Assembly: GCA_044344255.1 (NCBI GenBank)
Contig: JBIJDH010000010.1
Location: 32,001 to 96,000 of the forward strand
Length of the DNA stretch: 64,000 bases
Reading direction: 5' to 3'
Source: Myxococcota bacterium
GTDB lineage: Bacteria > Myxococcota_A > UBA796 > UBA2385
Both the position numbers and the translations under genes were made by a program. Each line of letters opens with the position of its first letter. The stretch's first letter is position 1. The notes beneath the pieces were generated by a model. It was not told the origin of the DNA, made no database searches, and saw only the letters and a program-made list of their open reading frames with translations. This document shows positions 26,784 through 40,070 of this stretch, in pieces.

Positions 26784-28124
26784 ATGAGCAGCCAGCCCCC
26801 CGAGCCCGCCCGGAACAGCTACCTCGAAGAGGTGCTCCAACAGCAGGAGGTCGTGGCGCGGGAGCTCCGCAAGTCCCCTCGCCAGGAGATGTCGAGCAAC
26901 ATGGCCCCGGCGCCGATGGCCACCCGCGGGCGGATGGTGATGGGCGGTGGGGGCCCCGGGGCGAACCCGAGCTCGGGCGGGGGCGACGTCCGCGTCGTCG
27001 GCTGGTGGCGCTTCAAGACGGTGATCGTGCCGCCCAACGTCTACGCGGTGCACACCCGCAAGGGCCACGCGGAGCCGCTGCACATCGGCCTCGGCCAGAG
27101 CTTCTCCTACGATCCCTCCCGCGACGCCTTCCTCACCATGCCCGCGGCGATGCAGACGATCGCGATCAACGCCCGCTGCATCTGCAAGGAGCGACAAGGG
27201 ATCCTGGTGCAGGCCTATGTGCAGTGGATCATCGCCGACATCCAGACCGCCTACCGGCGCCTCGACTTCTCCGACACCGAAGATCCGATGAAGATCGTCA
27301 ACGTCCAGCTCCGGGAGCAGGCGGAGGCGGCGATCAAGGACAAGGTGAGCACGATGGGCATCGACGAGGTGCTCGCCGACAAGCAGCCCATCATCGAGGA
27401 CCTCATCCTGCGCCTCCGCAGCGTGGCCGAAGGAAAGGAGGGCGAGGGCCTCGGCCTCAAGATCGTCACCGTCCAGATCAAGGAGGCGGTGGTGAGCTCC
27501 ACCCGCCTCTGGCAGAACCTCCAGACCCCCTTCCGCGCCGAGCAGGCCCGCATCGCCGACCTCGCGCAGATCGACAACGAGCGCGTCGTCACCGCGATGC
27601 GCCTCACCCAGCGCCGCGAGGCCGAGCTCGCCGAGCTCGCCGCCCGCCGCACCCTCGAGGAGACCCGCGCCCGCGAGGAGGCCGTGATCGAGAGCACGCA
27701 GGCCGCCGTCGCCCTCGAGGTGGCCCTGGCCAAGGCCCGCCACGCCGTGGCCCTCGCCGAGGCCCGCACCGCCGAGCTCGCCGCCCAGGTGCAGGTCGAC
27801 GCCGCCGAGGCCGAGCGGGCGCGCACCCAGCAGGCGGCCCGCCTCACCCGCGAGCTCGACGCCGCCAAGGCCGAGGTCGAACGCGCCGAGGGCTCGCTCA
27901 GCATCGACGAGAAGCGCCGCGCCATCGAGGCGAACGTCAGCGAGGGCATGCTCCAGCGTGAGCTCATCCAGGCCCTCCCGAAGCTCGCCGCCCACCTCCC
28001 GCGCCCCGACAAGAGCGAGCAGATCATCCTCCACGGGGGCGCCGAGGCCCCCGCCCTGGGCGCGCTCGTGGCCTTCGTGAAGGTGGTCCAGGAGCTGTTC
28101 CCGAAGGCGAAGCGGGAGGCTTGA
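26784..28124 (+). CDS. SPFH/flotillin-like domain protein
   Basis: VIVPPN..., IAINARCICKERQGI.V.AYVQW and GLGLKIVTVQIKE, followed by an Ala/Glu coiled coil. Confidence 0.85.
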   Translation: MSSQPPEPARNSYLEEVLQQQEVVARELRKSPRQEMSSNMAPAPMATRGRMVMGGGGPGANPSSGGGDVRVVGWWRFKTVIVPPNVYAVHTRKGHAEPLHIGLGQSFSYDPSRDAFLTMPAAMQTIAINARCICKERQGILVQAYVQWIIADIQTAYRRLDFSDTEDPMKIVNVQLREQAEAAIKDKVSTMGIDEVLADKQPIIEDLILRLRSVAEGKEGEGLGLKIVTVQIKEAVVSSTRLWQNLQTPFRAEQARIADLAQIDNERVVTAMRLTQRREAELAELAARRTLEETRAREEAVIESTQAAVALEVALAKARHAVALAEARTAELAAQVQVDAAEAERARTQQAARLTRELDAAKAEVERAEGSLSIDEKRRAIEANVSEGMLQRELIQALPKLAAHLPRPDKSEQIILHGGAEAPALGALVAFVKVVQELFPKAKREA

Positions 28125-28172
28125 GGCGGTCAGGAGGCAGAAGAGGCGCCCCGAATCCGCTACCATCCCCCC

Positions 28173-30029
28173 ATGCGCCGCCTCACCCCGCTCCGAGCCG
28201 CCCTCGCCCTCTCGCTCCTCTCCACCGGGTCGGGCGCGGGCTGCTCCGGCGAGGGCCCCGCGGCCAAGGACGCCGCCCCCATCGACTGGTGCGAGGGGTC
28301 GGTCCCCTACCGTTACGCGCCCGACGAAGCGCTCAGCACCTTCCCCGACGACCACTGGACCGTGGCGGACCCCAGCACCGCCACCGGCCTGCGCGTCCGC
28401 TTCGACGCGGCCGACCCTGCCCTCGCCGTGCTCCAGACCGAGTACGGCGGCCTGCTCGATCAGGCCAACACCCTCGACGGCTTCGGCCTCAGCCCTGACC
28501 TCATCCTCCGCTTCGACGCCCCCCTCCCGGCCCTGGACGCGCTCGACGTGCGGCTCCTGGCGATGGAGGAGGGCGCCTGGGTGGCGCAGGCGTTCGGCCT
28601 CTCTACCCTCGACCAGGGCGAGACCCTCGTCGTCCGCCCCTGGAGGCCGCTGCCGCCCGGCGCCCGGGTGGTGCTCGCCGTGACGACCGACGCCGCCGAT
28701 CCGGGCTGCCTCTCCCCTTCGGCTGACCTCCGCGCCCTCCTCACCCCGGGGAGCGAGGCCCCCCTCGCCGAGCGCTACGCCGAGGGCCTCGCCGCCCTTG
28801 ACCTCGGCCCTGCGCAGGTGGGGGCGATGACCGTCTTCACCACCCAGTCTGCGCTCGACGTGGACAGAGCCGTGCTCGCCGACGTCTCGACGCGGGCCTA
28901 CCCCTACGCCCCGCTCGGCGCCTGCACGACCGAGGACACCGTCCGCCGCTGCGACGGCGAGGTCGAGGTGATGGACTACCGCGCGAGCGACGGCATCGTG
29001 CCCGACGGCCCCGTCGACGCCCAGGGGAGCTACCGCCTGCCCGTGGCGATCTGGTTGCCGCCGGCCGAGGTGCCCGGGCCCTATCCGGTGGTGATGTGCG
29101 GGCACGGCCTCGGCGGCTCGAAGGGCCAGTGTGACTCCATCGCCCGCCTGAGCGCCGCCCAGGGCATCGCCACGGTCGGCGTCGACGCCCAGCAGCACGG
29201 CGATCACCCGCTCCGCGCCGAGGGCGACGGGCCGCTCGACCAGATCATGGCCCTCTTCGGCTTCACGCTCAGCCCCCCCTCCCTCGACACCTTCGTGTGG
29301 AGGGACAACTTCCGGGCCTCGGCCTGGGACAAGCTCCAGATCATCGCCGCCATCCGCCAGGGCCTCGACGCCGACGGAGACGGCCAGGCAGACCTCGACG
29401 GTGAACACATCCAATACGCCGGCGCCAGCCTCGGCGGCATCATGGGGCCCGAGCTGATGGCCTGGGGGGCCACCGAGAGCGGCGTCCTCGCCGTGCCCGG
29501 CGGCGGCATGCTGCGGCTCGTGCTCGACTCCGACTCCTTCGGCATCATCGGCTTCGCCATGACGCCGGAGGGCTGGACCGAGGACGACCTCCAGCGCACC
29601 CTGCCCATCGTCCAGATGCTGATCGACCCCGGTGACCCCCTCGTCCACGCCGCCGAGCTCTCGCGCAGAAGGGCCCAAGGGCCCGAGCAGGACGTGCTGA
29701 TGCTGATGGCCCTCGACGACGCCATCGTCCCCAACTCTTCCACCCAGGTGCTCGCGCAGGCCTTCGAGGTGGAGGGCGTGGGCCGCGCGTTGCTGCCGAT
29801 CGACGGGGTCACCTTCACGGCCGGCCCGCTCAGCGCCAACCTCGAAGACGGAGCCACCGGCGCCATCGTGGAGTTCGACCTCACCCAGCCCGAGGAGGGC
29901 GCCGAGTGGGAGGCGGCCGACCACTCCACCCTCCACGAGAGCGTGCAGGGCGAGCAGATGATGTCCGACTTCCTCCTCGACGTGCTGGCAGGGCAGACGC
30001 CGGTGGTGGTGGACCCCTACGCCGAGTGA
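28173..30029 (+). CDS. Lipoprotein alpha/beta-hydrolase (extracellular lipase-like)
   Basis: Signal ending GAGC; FPDD..T, LDGFG, GHGLGG, HGDH, RDNFR and nucleophile elbow GASLGG. Confidence 0.75.
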   Translation: MRRLTPLRAALALSLLSTGSGAGCSGEGPAAKDAAPIDWCEGSVPYRYAPDEALSTFPDDHWTVADPSTATGLRVRFDAADPALAVLQTEYGGLLDQANTLDGFGLSPDLILRFDAPLPALDALDVRLLAMEEGAWVAQAFGLSTLDQGETLVVRPWRPLPPGARVVLAVTTDAADPGCLSPSADLRALLTPGSEAPLAERYAEGLAALDLGPAQVGAMTVFTTQSALDVDRAVLADVSTRAYPYAPLGACTTEDTVRRCDGEVEVMDYRASDGIVPDGPVDAQGSYRLPVAIWLPPAEVPGPYPVVMCGHGLGGSKGQCDSIARLSAAQGIATVGVDAQQHGDHPLRAEGDGPLDQIMALFGFTLSPPSLDTFVWRDNFRASAWDKLQIIAAIRQGLDADGDGQADLDGEHIQYAGASLGGIMGPELMAWGATESGVLAVPGGGMLRLVLDSDSFGIIGFAMTPEGWTEDDLQRTLPIVQMLIDPGDPLVHAAELSRRRAQGPEQDVLMLMALDDAIVPNSSTQVLAQAFEVEGVGRALLPIDGVTFTAGPLSANLEDGATGAIVEFDLTQPEEGAEWEAADHSTLHESVQGEQMMSDFLLDVLAGQTPVVVDPYAE

Positions 30030-30135
30030 GGGGGCGGGGCGGGGCAGGGAGGGGCGCGGAGGGGCGGGAGGCGCCCGGCCCGGATCCGATGATAAGCCCC
30101 GCGCGGCCAGCCTCCCAAGGCTCCGGAGGGATCCC

Positions 30136-31413
30136 GTGCACCTGAAGTCCATCCACGTGGCGCATATCAAGAGCCTCCACGAGGTCGGCCTCACCTTCGG
30201 CGACGCCGACCTCCCGGGCTGGCACGTCATCCTCGGCGACAACAGCTCGGGGAAGACCACCCTCATCCGAGCCATCGCCCTCGCGTTGGTGGGCCCCCAA
30301 GAGGCCATGGCCCTCCGGGAGGACTGGACGCGGTGGGTGGAGATTGGTGAGGTGCTCGGCACGGTCAGCCTGGATCTCACCTACGACACCGAATGGGACA
30401 CCGCGACCGGCACTGGGCGAGCCTACAAGCATCGCTCCTTCGAGGTCGCCCTGAGCGTGTCCAAGGTGACCCGGACCGGGAACGGCAAGGGGACCCTCCC
30501 AGCTCAGGCGCAGCTCGAGGGAAACACCCCGCCGCGGCGTTACGTCTGGGGCTCGAACCGTGGTTGGTTCTCGGCCTCTTTCGGTCCGTCTCGGCGCTTC
30601 ACTGGCGGGAACGGCGACTACCAGCGGGTCTTCTTCTCCAACCCGCGGGTCGCACGCCACCTCTCGGCGTTCAGCGAGCAGGTGGCCCTCTCGGAGGCGC
30701 TCATGTGGCTCGTCGAGCGGCAGCGGACCGGCAATGGAGCGCTGGTGGAGCGCGTCCGGGCCTTCCTCAACGGCTCGCACCTCCTCCCGCACGAGGTGAG
30801 GCTCGAAGCCGTCACCGACCAGAGTCTCCAATTCATCGACGGCAACGGCGTCACCGTCGACGTGACCGAGCTCTCGGACGGCTACCGCTCCATCCTCAGC
30901 CTCGCGCTGGAGCTGCTCCGCCAGATGGAGGCCTGCTACGGCCTGCAGGGGCTCTTCGACCCCGAGGGCGGCCATGTCCTCGCCCCTGGCGTCGTGCTGA
31001 TCGACGAGATCGACGCCCACCTCCACCCCTCCTGGCAAACGACCGTGGGGGACTGGTTCACGTCCCGCTTCCCGAACGTTCAATTCATCGTGGCCACCCA
31101 CAGCGCCCTGGTTTGCCGCTCCATCGGCGCCACGGGCCGCGTCTTTCGCCTCCGGGCTCCCGGGATGGAGGGAGGTCAGGTGACGGAGATCACCGGCGAA
31201 GATCGGGACAAGCTCTGGTACGGGAGCCTCGGCACGGCCCTCGAGTCAGCCGCCTTCGGCCTCGACGTCGGGCGCTCGGCCTACGGCTGGGAGCGGGTTG
31301 AGGAGCTGCGCGCGCTGACCTCGGCGTCCCGGTCCCGTGATCTCGCTCCCTCCGAGCGCGAACGGCTCCAGCACCTCCGGTCGGTGCTCACGGACGCCAG
31401 GGAGAACGGGTGA
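30136..31413 (+). CDS. ABC-type ATPase, Septu PtuA-like
   Basis: Walker A GDNSSGKTT, signature LSDGYRS, Walker B VVLIDEIDAHLHPSWQ and H-loop FIVATHS. Confidence 0.85.
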   Translation: MHLKSIHVAHIKSLHEVGLTFGDADLPGWHVILGDNSSGKTTLIRAIALALVGPQEAMALREDWTRWVEIGEVLGTVSLDLTYDTEWDTATGTGRAYKHRSFEVALSVSKVTRTGNGKGTLPAQAQLEGNTPPRRYVWGSNRGWFSASFGPSRRFTGGNGDYQRVFFSNPRVARHLSAFSEQVALSEALMWLVERQRTGNGALVERVRAFLNGSHLLPHEVRLEAVTDQSLQFIDGNGVTVDVTELSDGYRSILSLALELLRQMEACYGLQGLFDPEGGHVLAPGVVLIDEIDAHLHPSWQTTVGDWFTSRFPNVQFIVATHSALVCRSIGATGRVFRLRAPGMEGGQVTEITGEDRDKLWYGSLGTALESAAFGLDVGRSAYGWERVEELRALTSASRSRDLAPSERERLQHLRSVLTDARENG

Positions 31414-32231
31414 TGCTGCGCTTCCAGCCAGCACCGCTCACCGCCAGCGAACTGACCACGCTCAGCAACCTCACCCAAGCCGCCATCGTTGGACGCTACG
31501 CGGACCAGGTCGAGCGGGTGAACACAGCAGGCTTCTGGTCTGCCCCCAAGCTGGGCACGGCGAGAGCGAAGATCGAGGCCGCGCGCCCCCGCCAGGACCG
31601 GTGTGTGTACTGTGAAGACTCGGTCGGCAGCGAGATCGACCACCTCCAGCCGAAGACGCTGCACCCCTGGCTGACCTTCTGCTGGGAGAACCTGATCCCA
31701 GCCTGCTCGGTCTGCGGGAACGCAAGCCACAAGGGGGCCAAAGACGCGATCTGCGACCCCGCTCACCCAGGCCAGTGGGTCGAGATCAGCAGAACACGCA
31801 GGGAGAGAAGCGACCGCAGCCCCACAAGCCAACCGAGGGACGGCCGAACCGCATGGTTGAACCCTCGCCTCTGCGATCCGCTCTCCCTCCTCCGCTTGGA
31901 CATCCGCGACGGGACCTTTCGGTTCGACATCATCGCCAGCGCGGGGACTGAAGCCTACGCGCGCGCCAGATGGACGGTGGACACCCTCAAGCTGAACACA
32001 CGCGCCAACCTCGTGTCCCAGCGCCGGGTCGCCTACGACGACCACCTCCGCTGGCTGGGAGACGTGGTGGCGGCCCACACGAGCGGAGATCACGCGACGG
32101 TCACAAGGCTGAAGGCCGGCTTAACCGACCGCAACCACCCGACCGTCTGGGCCGAGATGAAGCGCCAGCGACAGGACCTGCCGGAGGTGCGCAAGTTGAT
32201 CGCCGCCGCCCCGGAGGTCCTGTCCTGGTGA
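31410..32231 (+). CDS. HNH endonuclease, Septu PtuB-like
   Basis: CVYCE...EIDHLQPK...WENLIPACSVCGN...KG; start overlaps the ATPase stop codon. Confidence 0.82.
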   Translation: MMLRFQPAPLTASELTTLSNLTQAAIVGRYADQVERVNTAGFWSAPKLGTARAKIEAARPRQDRCVYCEDSVGSEIDHLQPKTLHPWLTFCWENLIPACSVCGNASHKGAKDAICDPAHPGQWVEISRTRRERSDRSPTSQPRDGRTAWLNPRLCDPLSLLRLDIRDGTFRFDIIASAGTEAYARARWTVDTLKLNTRANLVSQRRVAYDDHLRWLGDVVAAHTSGDHATVTRLKAGLTDRNHPTVWAEMKRQRQDLPEVRKLIAAAPEVLSW

Positions 32232-32366
32232 GGCGCGGCCCCCGCCTCCGCTCCCCCCGCCAAATCACGCCCCGCTGACCTGCGCCGGCTGGTGGGCGGG
32301 CCGACTTCCGGGTAACGGGGACGCCCTCCCGGGCATCCGTCGCCCGGGCTCGCCTCAGGAGGCACC

Positions 32367-34328
<1,962 letters not shown>

Positions 34329-34389
34329 GCTCTACCGACTTCCCTTCTTCGCCTCCTCCCTCCTGAACTCTCTCCTGAACGAGCAGTCC

Positions 34390-35664
<1,275 letters not shown>

Positions 35665-35673
35665 GGGCGACGC

Positions 35674-37839
35674 TCAGTAGCGGTAGGTCTGGACCTCGAT
35701 GAACCAGGGCGGGCCCCCGCCCTGGGCTGGGGCGTGCTGCGCGTCGAGCCAGGCCTGCATCGAGGAGGGCGGCGGGCTCACGATGAAGCGCAGCTCCAGC
35801 CGATCGCCGCCGCCGCCCAGGTAGACGAAGTTCGACCACAGGACCCACCACTCGTGGGCCTGTCGGCCGCCCGGGCCCACCTCGTGCTGGCGGCGGAGCT
35901 CCCCCACCGGGGCGACGAGTCCGGCGATGCGCGCGTAGACCTCGAAGTGGCCGACCGGCGCCCCGCCGAGCGGCAGGCGCTCGGGCGCCGCGAGCGGCAC
36001 CGCCCCGTACACGAGCTCCAGCGTCGAGACCGCCTGATAGGGCGTGCCGGGGCGCGGGTCTTGCCGGGGGGCCGATCCCGCCGCCTCCCGCCAGGTGGTG
36101 ATGAAGGGCGGGTGGGCGCCGGGCGCGAGGGTGTGGGCGAGGTCGTAGTGGTGCCACTGCTCTCGCCAGACCACGGGACCGGCGACGGGGCTGTGGCCCG
36201 GCGCGGCGAGCCCGGCGGCGCCGACCGGCGGCGCCCGGGTGACCCAGGCCGCGATGTCCCCGGCCGCCCCGGCGCGGACGAAGGCGTCCTGTGAGGCGTC
36301 GTGGGGCACGCGAAGCCCCGGGAAGACCGGCCGCGACGGGACCCAGTGGATGGGGTGGGCGTGCAGGGTCACCGGCGGGAGGTTCGGCAGCGGGTGCTTG
36401 CGGGGGATGCCCGCGCCGAGCCGCACCTCAGCGAGGTCAGGGGCGTGACCCACCGTGGCCCGCGGCGCCCCCGGCAGGCGGTGGGCGATGCGGCTCACGA
36501 AGCGGGTGAGCAGGTGCCCAGGCGTGGTCGGGCCGGCGCGCAGCCACTCCCGGAGGTCAGCGGGGGAGAGGTCGGGCCGGTGGGCGGCGTGCTCGTGGCC
36601 GAGCAGGGCGAGCGCCACCCCCGCGATGATCGCGGCGGCGGCGCTGGTCCCGCCGAAGTCGTCCCGACGCTCAGCGTCGAGGTGGGCCGGGCTCGGCGCG
36701 AACACACCGAAGGCGGCGCCAGGGGCCGAGACCTGGGCCCCATGCGCGAAGACATCGACCCTGTCGCCGTAGTTCGAGGTCGAGAGCACGGAGTACGGCG
36801 GTCGCGGGCCGGTGGCGCCCACGAGCACCGCGCCCGAGTCGCCCTTCCAGGCGGGGTGGCCGAGCGGGAGGCCGAGCTCGGCGGGGTGGTCGAGGTCGAC
36901 CCGGCCGTTGCCGGCCGCCTCGATCACGGTGTAGCCGAGGCTCACGGCGAGGCGAATGGCGTGGAGGTCGGGCGGCTCGACCTCGGTGGGGAGGCCCGGC
37001 CCGCGCTGCACCTCGAGCAAGATCACGGCGCGGCGCTCACCGGGGTGGAGGAGCGCGCAGAGGGCGTCGGAGACGTGCTCGGCGGAGCCCGTCGCGTGGT
37101 GGTAGCACGAGGCGAGGCGGAGGGCGGCCTTCGGGGCGAGGCCGATGAAGCCGGCGTGGTCGTCGGCCGCGCCGATGATCCCGAGCACGGCGGTGCCGTG
37201 GTTGGCGGCCTCGAGCTCCTCGTGGCGGGGCGAGTGGACCTCCCCGGCGTCGTCGCCCACGAGGGCCGCGGGGATGGCGCGGCCGACGAGGTCCCGGTGC
37301 CCGCGGCGCCAGCCCAGCTCGACGTCGTAGAGGGTGGCGCCGAGCCCGTCCATGCCAGGGAGGGCCGCGACCGCGCGCGCCCCCACCCCCAGCGGGGCAG
37401 CCTCCAGGTAGACCTGCTCGTTGGCGTGCGGATCATCACCGGGGGTGGTGGTCGGCGCGGAGACGGCCAGCTCCTGCCAGACCCGGCTGACCCCGGGCGC
37501 CGCCCGCAGCGCCGCCAGCAGCTCGAGCGCGAGGTGGGGGACGTGGCGGATCCACACACGGTAGTAGGCGTTCAAGCTTCTCAGCGGCGGGAAGGGGCCG
37601 CTCGCGGCCGCCTGCTCCAGGGCGGCGACGTCGGCGAAGCTCCGGTGGCGGATCAGCCGCTCGACGAGGGGGGCCGGCGGGGCGGCGGCGGGGCTCCCGG
37701 AGCGGGCGTGAATGAGGTCGTAGCGCACGTCCACCGCGGCCTGGAGGCCCGCCCCGGCGTGGGGATCGGGGTGCGTCACCTCGACGATGAGGTCTCCGCT
37801 GAAGAGGGGCGGCGCGAGCGGTCGGCGAATCACAGGCAT
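35674..37839 (-). CDS. S8 (subtilisin-family) serine peptidase with a C-terminal extension
   Basis: Catalytic Asp (LYDVELG), His (NHGTAVLG), oxyanion Asn (AAGNG) and Ser (FGGTSAA). Confidence 0.85.
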   Translation of the reverse strand: MPVIRRPLAPPLFSGDLIVEVTHPDPHAGAGLQAAVDVRYDLIHARSGSPAAAPPAPLVERLIRHRSFADVAALEQAAASGPFPPLRSLNAYYRVWIRHVPHLALELLAALRAAPGVSRVWQELAVSAPTTTPGDDPHANEQVYLEAAPLGVGARAVAALPGMDGLGATLYDVELGWRRGHRDLVGRAIPAALVGDDAGEVHSPRHEELEAANHGTAVLGIIGAADDHAGFIGLAPKAALRLASCYHHATGSAEHVSDALCALLHPGERRAVILLEVQRGPGLPTEVEPPDLHAIRLAVSLGYTVIEAAGNGRVDLDHPAELGLPLGHPAWKGDSGAVLVGATGPRPPYSVLSTSNYGDRVDVFAHGAQVSAPGAAFGVFAPSPAHLDAERRDDFGGTSAAAAIIAGVALALLGHEHAAHRPDLSPADLREWLRAGPTTPGHLLTRFVSRIAHRLPGAPRATVGHAPDLAEVRLGAGIPRKHPLPNLPPVTLHAHPIHWVPSRPVFPGLRVPHDASQDAFVRAGAAGDIAAWVTRAPPVGAAGLAAPGHSPVAGPVVWREQWHHYDLAHTLAPGAHPPFITTWREAAGSAPRQDPRPGTPYQAVSTLELVYGAVPLAAPERLPLGGAPVGHFEVYARIAGLVAPVGELRRQHEVGPGGRQAHEWWVLWSNFVYLGGGGDRLELRFIVSPPPSSMQAWLDAQHAPAQGGGPPWFIEVQTYRY

Positions 37840-37969
37840 ACTAGCTCCACTGATTGGAGAGTCGCCCGGTTCGGCGGCCCCTCACACCCGCGGGAGGATA
37901 CACCGACTGGGGCGCCTCGCGAGCCGCGCCGCGAAGGCCGACCGACGGCGCCCGCAGGAGCCGCCTGAG

Positions 37970-38533
37970 ATGCCGCAGTTCGTCGAGCCGACGCTCCAGG
38001 CCCTGCTGCCCCTCTCCCCGGCCGCCCTCGCGCGGCGCATGGCCGAGGGCCACCGCCTGCCGGCTGACCAGCTCCCCCTGGGCTGGTACCGCGGCACCAG
38101 CCTCGGCCTGTGGGCCTGGGTCGAGCGCCTCACCTGGAAGACCTTCGCCAAGACCGTCGTGCGCGACCCCGAGGGGCTCCGCGGCTTCAACGTGCGCCTC
38201 GAGCAAGACGGCCTCGGCGCGCCGCCCCGCCCGCGCGGGCCGCGCCCCGTCGTCTTCGGCCACTACGGTGTCGTCGACGCCCCGGACGGCCTGCTCATCG
38301 ACTACGGGCTCGGCGGAGGTCCGCGGCTCGACCCCGGGCGCCTCGTGCGCGACCCCCTCGTCGCCCTCCGCCCGGGAGACCCGACGCTCCTGCTCGGGCG
38401 CTCGCTCCTCGACCTCGGCCTCGGGTGGGCCCCCACGCCGAGCTTCTTCCTGCTCGAGTACGTGGGGCCCCTGCCCGAGGCGGTGGAGGCGGCCGGTCGA
38501 CGGCCCGCCCTCGCGCTCAGCTCCCGTACTTGA
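37970..38533 (+). CDS. Hypothetical protein
   Basis: GGAG upstream of ATG 37970; genome-typical codon usage; GWYRGTSLG, TWKTFAK and VRDPLV segments. Confidence 0.65.
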   Translation: MPQFVEPTLQALLPLSPAALARRMAEGHRLPADQLPLGWYRGTSLGLWAWVERLTWKTFAKTVVRDPEGLRGFNVRLEQDGLGAPPRPRGPRPVVFGHYGVVDAPDGLLIDYGLGGGPRLDPGRLVRDPLVALRPGDPTLLLGRSLLDLGLGWAPTPSFFLLEYVGPLPEAVEAAGRRPALALSSRT

Positions 38534-39140
38534 CCGAGCAGCCGTAGGCCTTGGTGCTGGGCTTGGCGACCGCGCGGCCGGCGGCGATGTCGGCGAGGGC
38601 CGCGGTGACGTGGTTCGTGACCGCGCCCTCGCTCTTGCCGAGCGGGGCGTCGTCGAGGGCGCCGGCGTAGGCGAGGTTGCCCTTGGGATCGACCACGAAG
38701 AGGTTCGGCGTGGTGGTGGCCCCGTAGAGGCGGCCCACCTGGCCGGCCTCGTCCTGGAGCACGGGGTAGCCGATCCCCCAGTCCTGGACCGCCTTCTTGT
38801 TGGCCTCGACGCCGTGGCCCTGCTTGCCCGGGGCGCCGGAGTTGACCGCCAGCCACACCACGCCGTCGGCCAACGCCTTGGCGGGCTGGGCCTTCAAGGG
38901 GCCCTCGCCGTGCGCATAGACGACGAAGGGGCAGCCCGGGTTGAACCACTCGAGCACCACGGTCTTGCCCTTGTAGGCCGACAGGCGCACCTCCTTGCCG
39001 TCGAGGTCCTTCAAGGCGAAGTCGGGAGCCGGCGCGCCGACCGTGGCGACCGGGGTCGCGGCGGCGGCGGGCGCGCCCGCGGCGGCGGTGGGCCCGAGGG
39101 TGGAGAGGGCGAGGAGGGCGGAGAGGAGGAGGTGCGTCAT
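38517..39140 (-). CDS. Secreted thioredoxin-fold redoxin (AhpC/TSA-like)
   Basis: APDFALKDLDG, VVLEWFNPGCPFV, YGATTTP, YAGALDD and terminal YGCSVKY. Confidence 0.88.
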   Translation of the reverse strand: MTHLLLSALLALSTLGPTAAAGAPAAAATPVATVGAPAPDFALKDLDGKEVRLSAYKGKTVVLEWFNPGCPFVVYAHGEGPLKAQPAKALADGVVWLAVNSGAPGKQGHGVEANKKAVQDWGIGYPVLQDEAGQVGRLYGATTTPNLFVVDPKGNLAYAGALDDAPLGKSEGAVTNHVTAALADIAAGRAVAKPSTKAYGCSVKYGS

Positions 39141-39946
39141 CGCGAGGGCTCCGGGGGAGAGGGAGGGTCGAGGTCGAGGGTGAAGGCGGCGGCTGAAGGC
39201 CCGGTGCCGCGGCGGAGCAGGAGGCGGGCGCCGGGCGGCAGGGGCCCGGAGAGGGTGGCGTCGAGCCAGAGCTCACCGCCCTCCTCGCGGAGCGAGGGCC
39301 GCCAAGCGGCCTCGAGCGGCTCCGTCGGGAAGACCGCGAAGGGGCCAGGGCCCGGGAGGCGGACGTGGAGGCCGCCATCCCTCTGAACAGCGCCACCGCT
39401 CTCCGCGAAGGGCCGCGGCAGGCGCGCGCGGTAGGGCCCGAGCGTGTCGGTCCCCGCCGGGGCGCCCGCGGCGACGGTGACGAGGCCAGACACCCGCCCC
39501 TCCCCGCGCACGCAGCGCTCGCGGCAGAGCAGCCAGCTCGCCTCGGCCTCGAGGGTCAGCGGCCCGGCGGGGGCGGCGCTGACCGTGAAGAGGAAGCCGG
39601 CCGAACCCTCGTAGACATAGCTCAGCAGCCCCTCGGCCTCGTGCCGCTCCGGGGCCGGCCAGCGGGGGCCGGCCGCAGGCGCGCCGCCCGCGCGCAGGGC
39701 CACCTCAGTGGAGAGGCCGCTCTGGCCGGGGTTCTCCCAGTAGATGTGCCAGCCCGCGGGGACGTCGAGCAGGACCGCAACCTCGAAGGGGGCGCCCGCC
39801 GCGACGACCGGGGCCTCGGGCAGGAGCCGCAGGCCGACGGGCGGGGCCTCCTCGACCGGCCCCGCGGCGACCGCCGGGGCCATCCCCCCGATCAGCGCGG
39901 CGCCTGCGAGGGCGAAGGGGAGCCAGGCGGTGGACCACGACAGCAT
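39137..39946 (-). CDS. DsbD N-terminal-like domain protein
   Basis: GWHIYWENPGQSG, WPAP, YVYEG and WLLCRERCV; ATGA overlap with the redoxin gene. Confidence 0.85.
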   Translation of the reverse strand: MLSWSTAWLPFALAGAALIGGMAPAVAAGPVEEAPPVGLRLLPEAPVVAAGAPFEVAVLLDVPAGWHIYWENPGQSGLSTEVALRAGGAPAAGPRWPAPERHEAEGLLSYVYEGSAGFLFTVSAAPAGPLTLEAEASWLLCRERCVRGEGRVSGLVTVAAGAPAGTDTLGPYRARLPRPFAESGGAVQRDGGLHVRLPGPGPFAVFPTEPLEAAWRPSLREEGGELWLDATLSGPLPPGARLLLRRGTGPSAAAFTLDLDPPSPPEPSR

Positions 39947-40070
39947 GACGCTCCGGCTAGCGCGATCGCGCCCCCGCGCAAGGAGGGGCGCGGCGCCGCG
40001 CGCGCCTCCGCGGCGTCCTGTCCACCACGGCGATGTCGACGTCGTCGATCGGGTCGAATATCTTTGGCCG

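Noticed and set aside
30030..30069. G-quadruplex-like G-runs upstream of the ATPase
   Set aside because: The pattern is present but expected by chance at this GC content, with no supporting evidence.
26580..30380. Long antisense ORFs (this 1266-aa one, 58215-61292, 8903-11272 and similar)
   Set aside because: Typical stop-poor shadow frames opposite real genes in very high-GC DNA; no motifs.
30030..32231. Type I-A retron
   Set aside because: No reverse transcriptase or recognisable msr-msd region near the ATPase-HNH pair.
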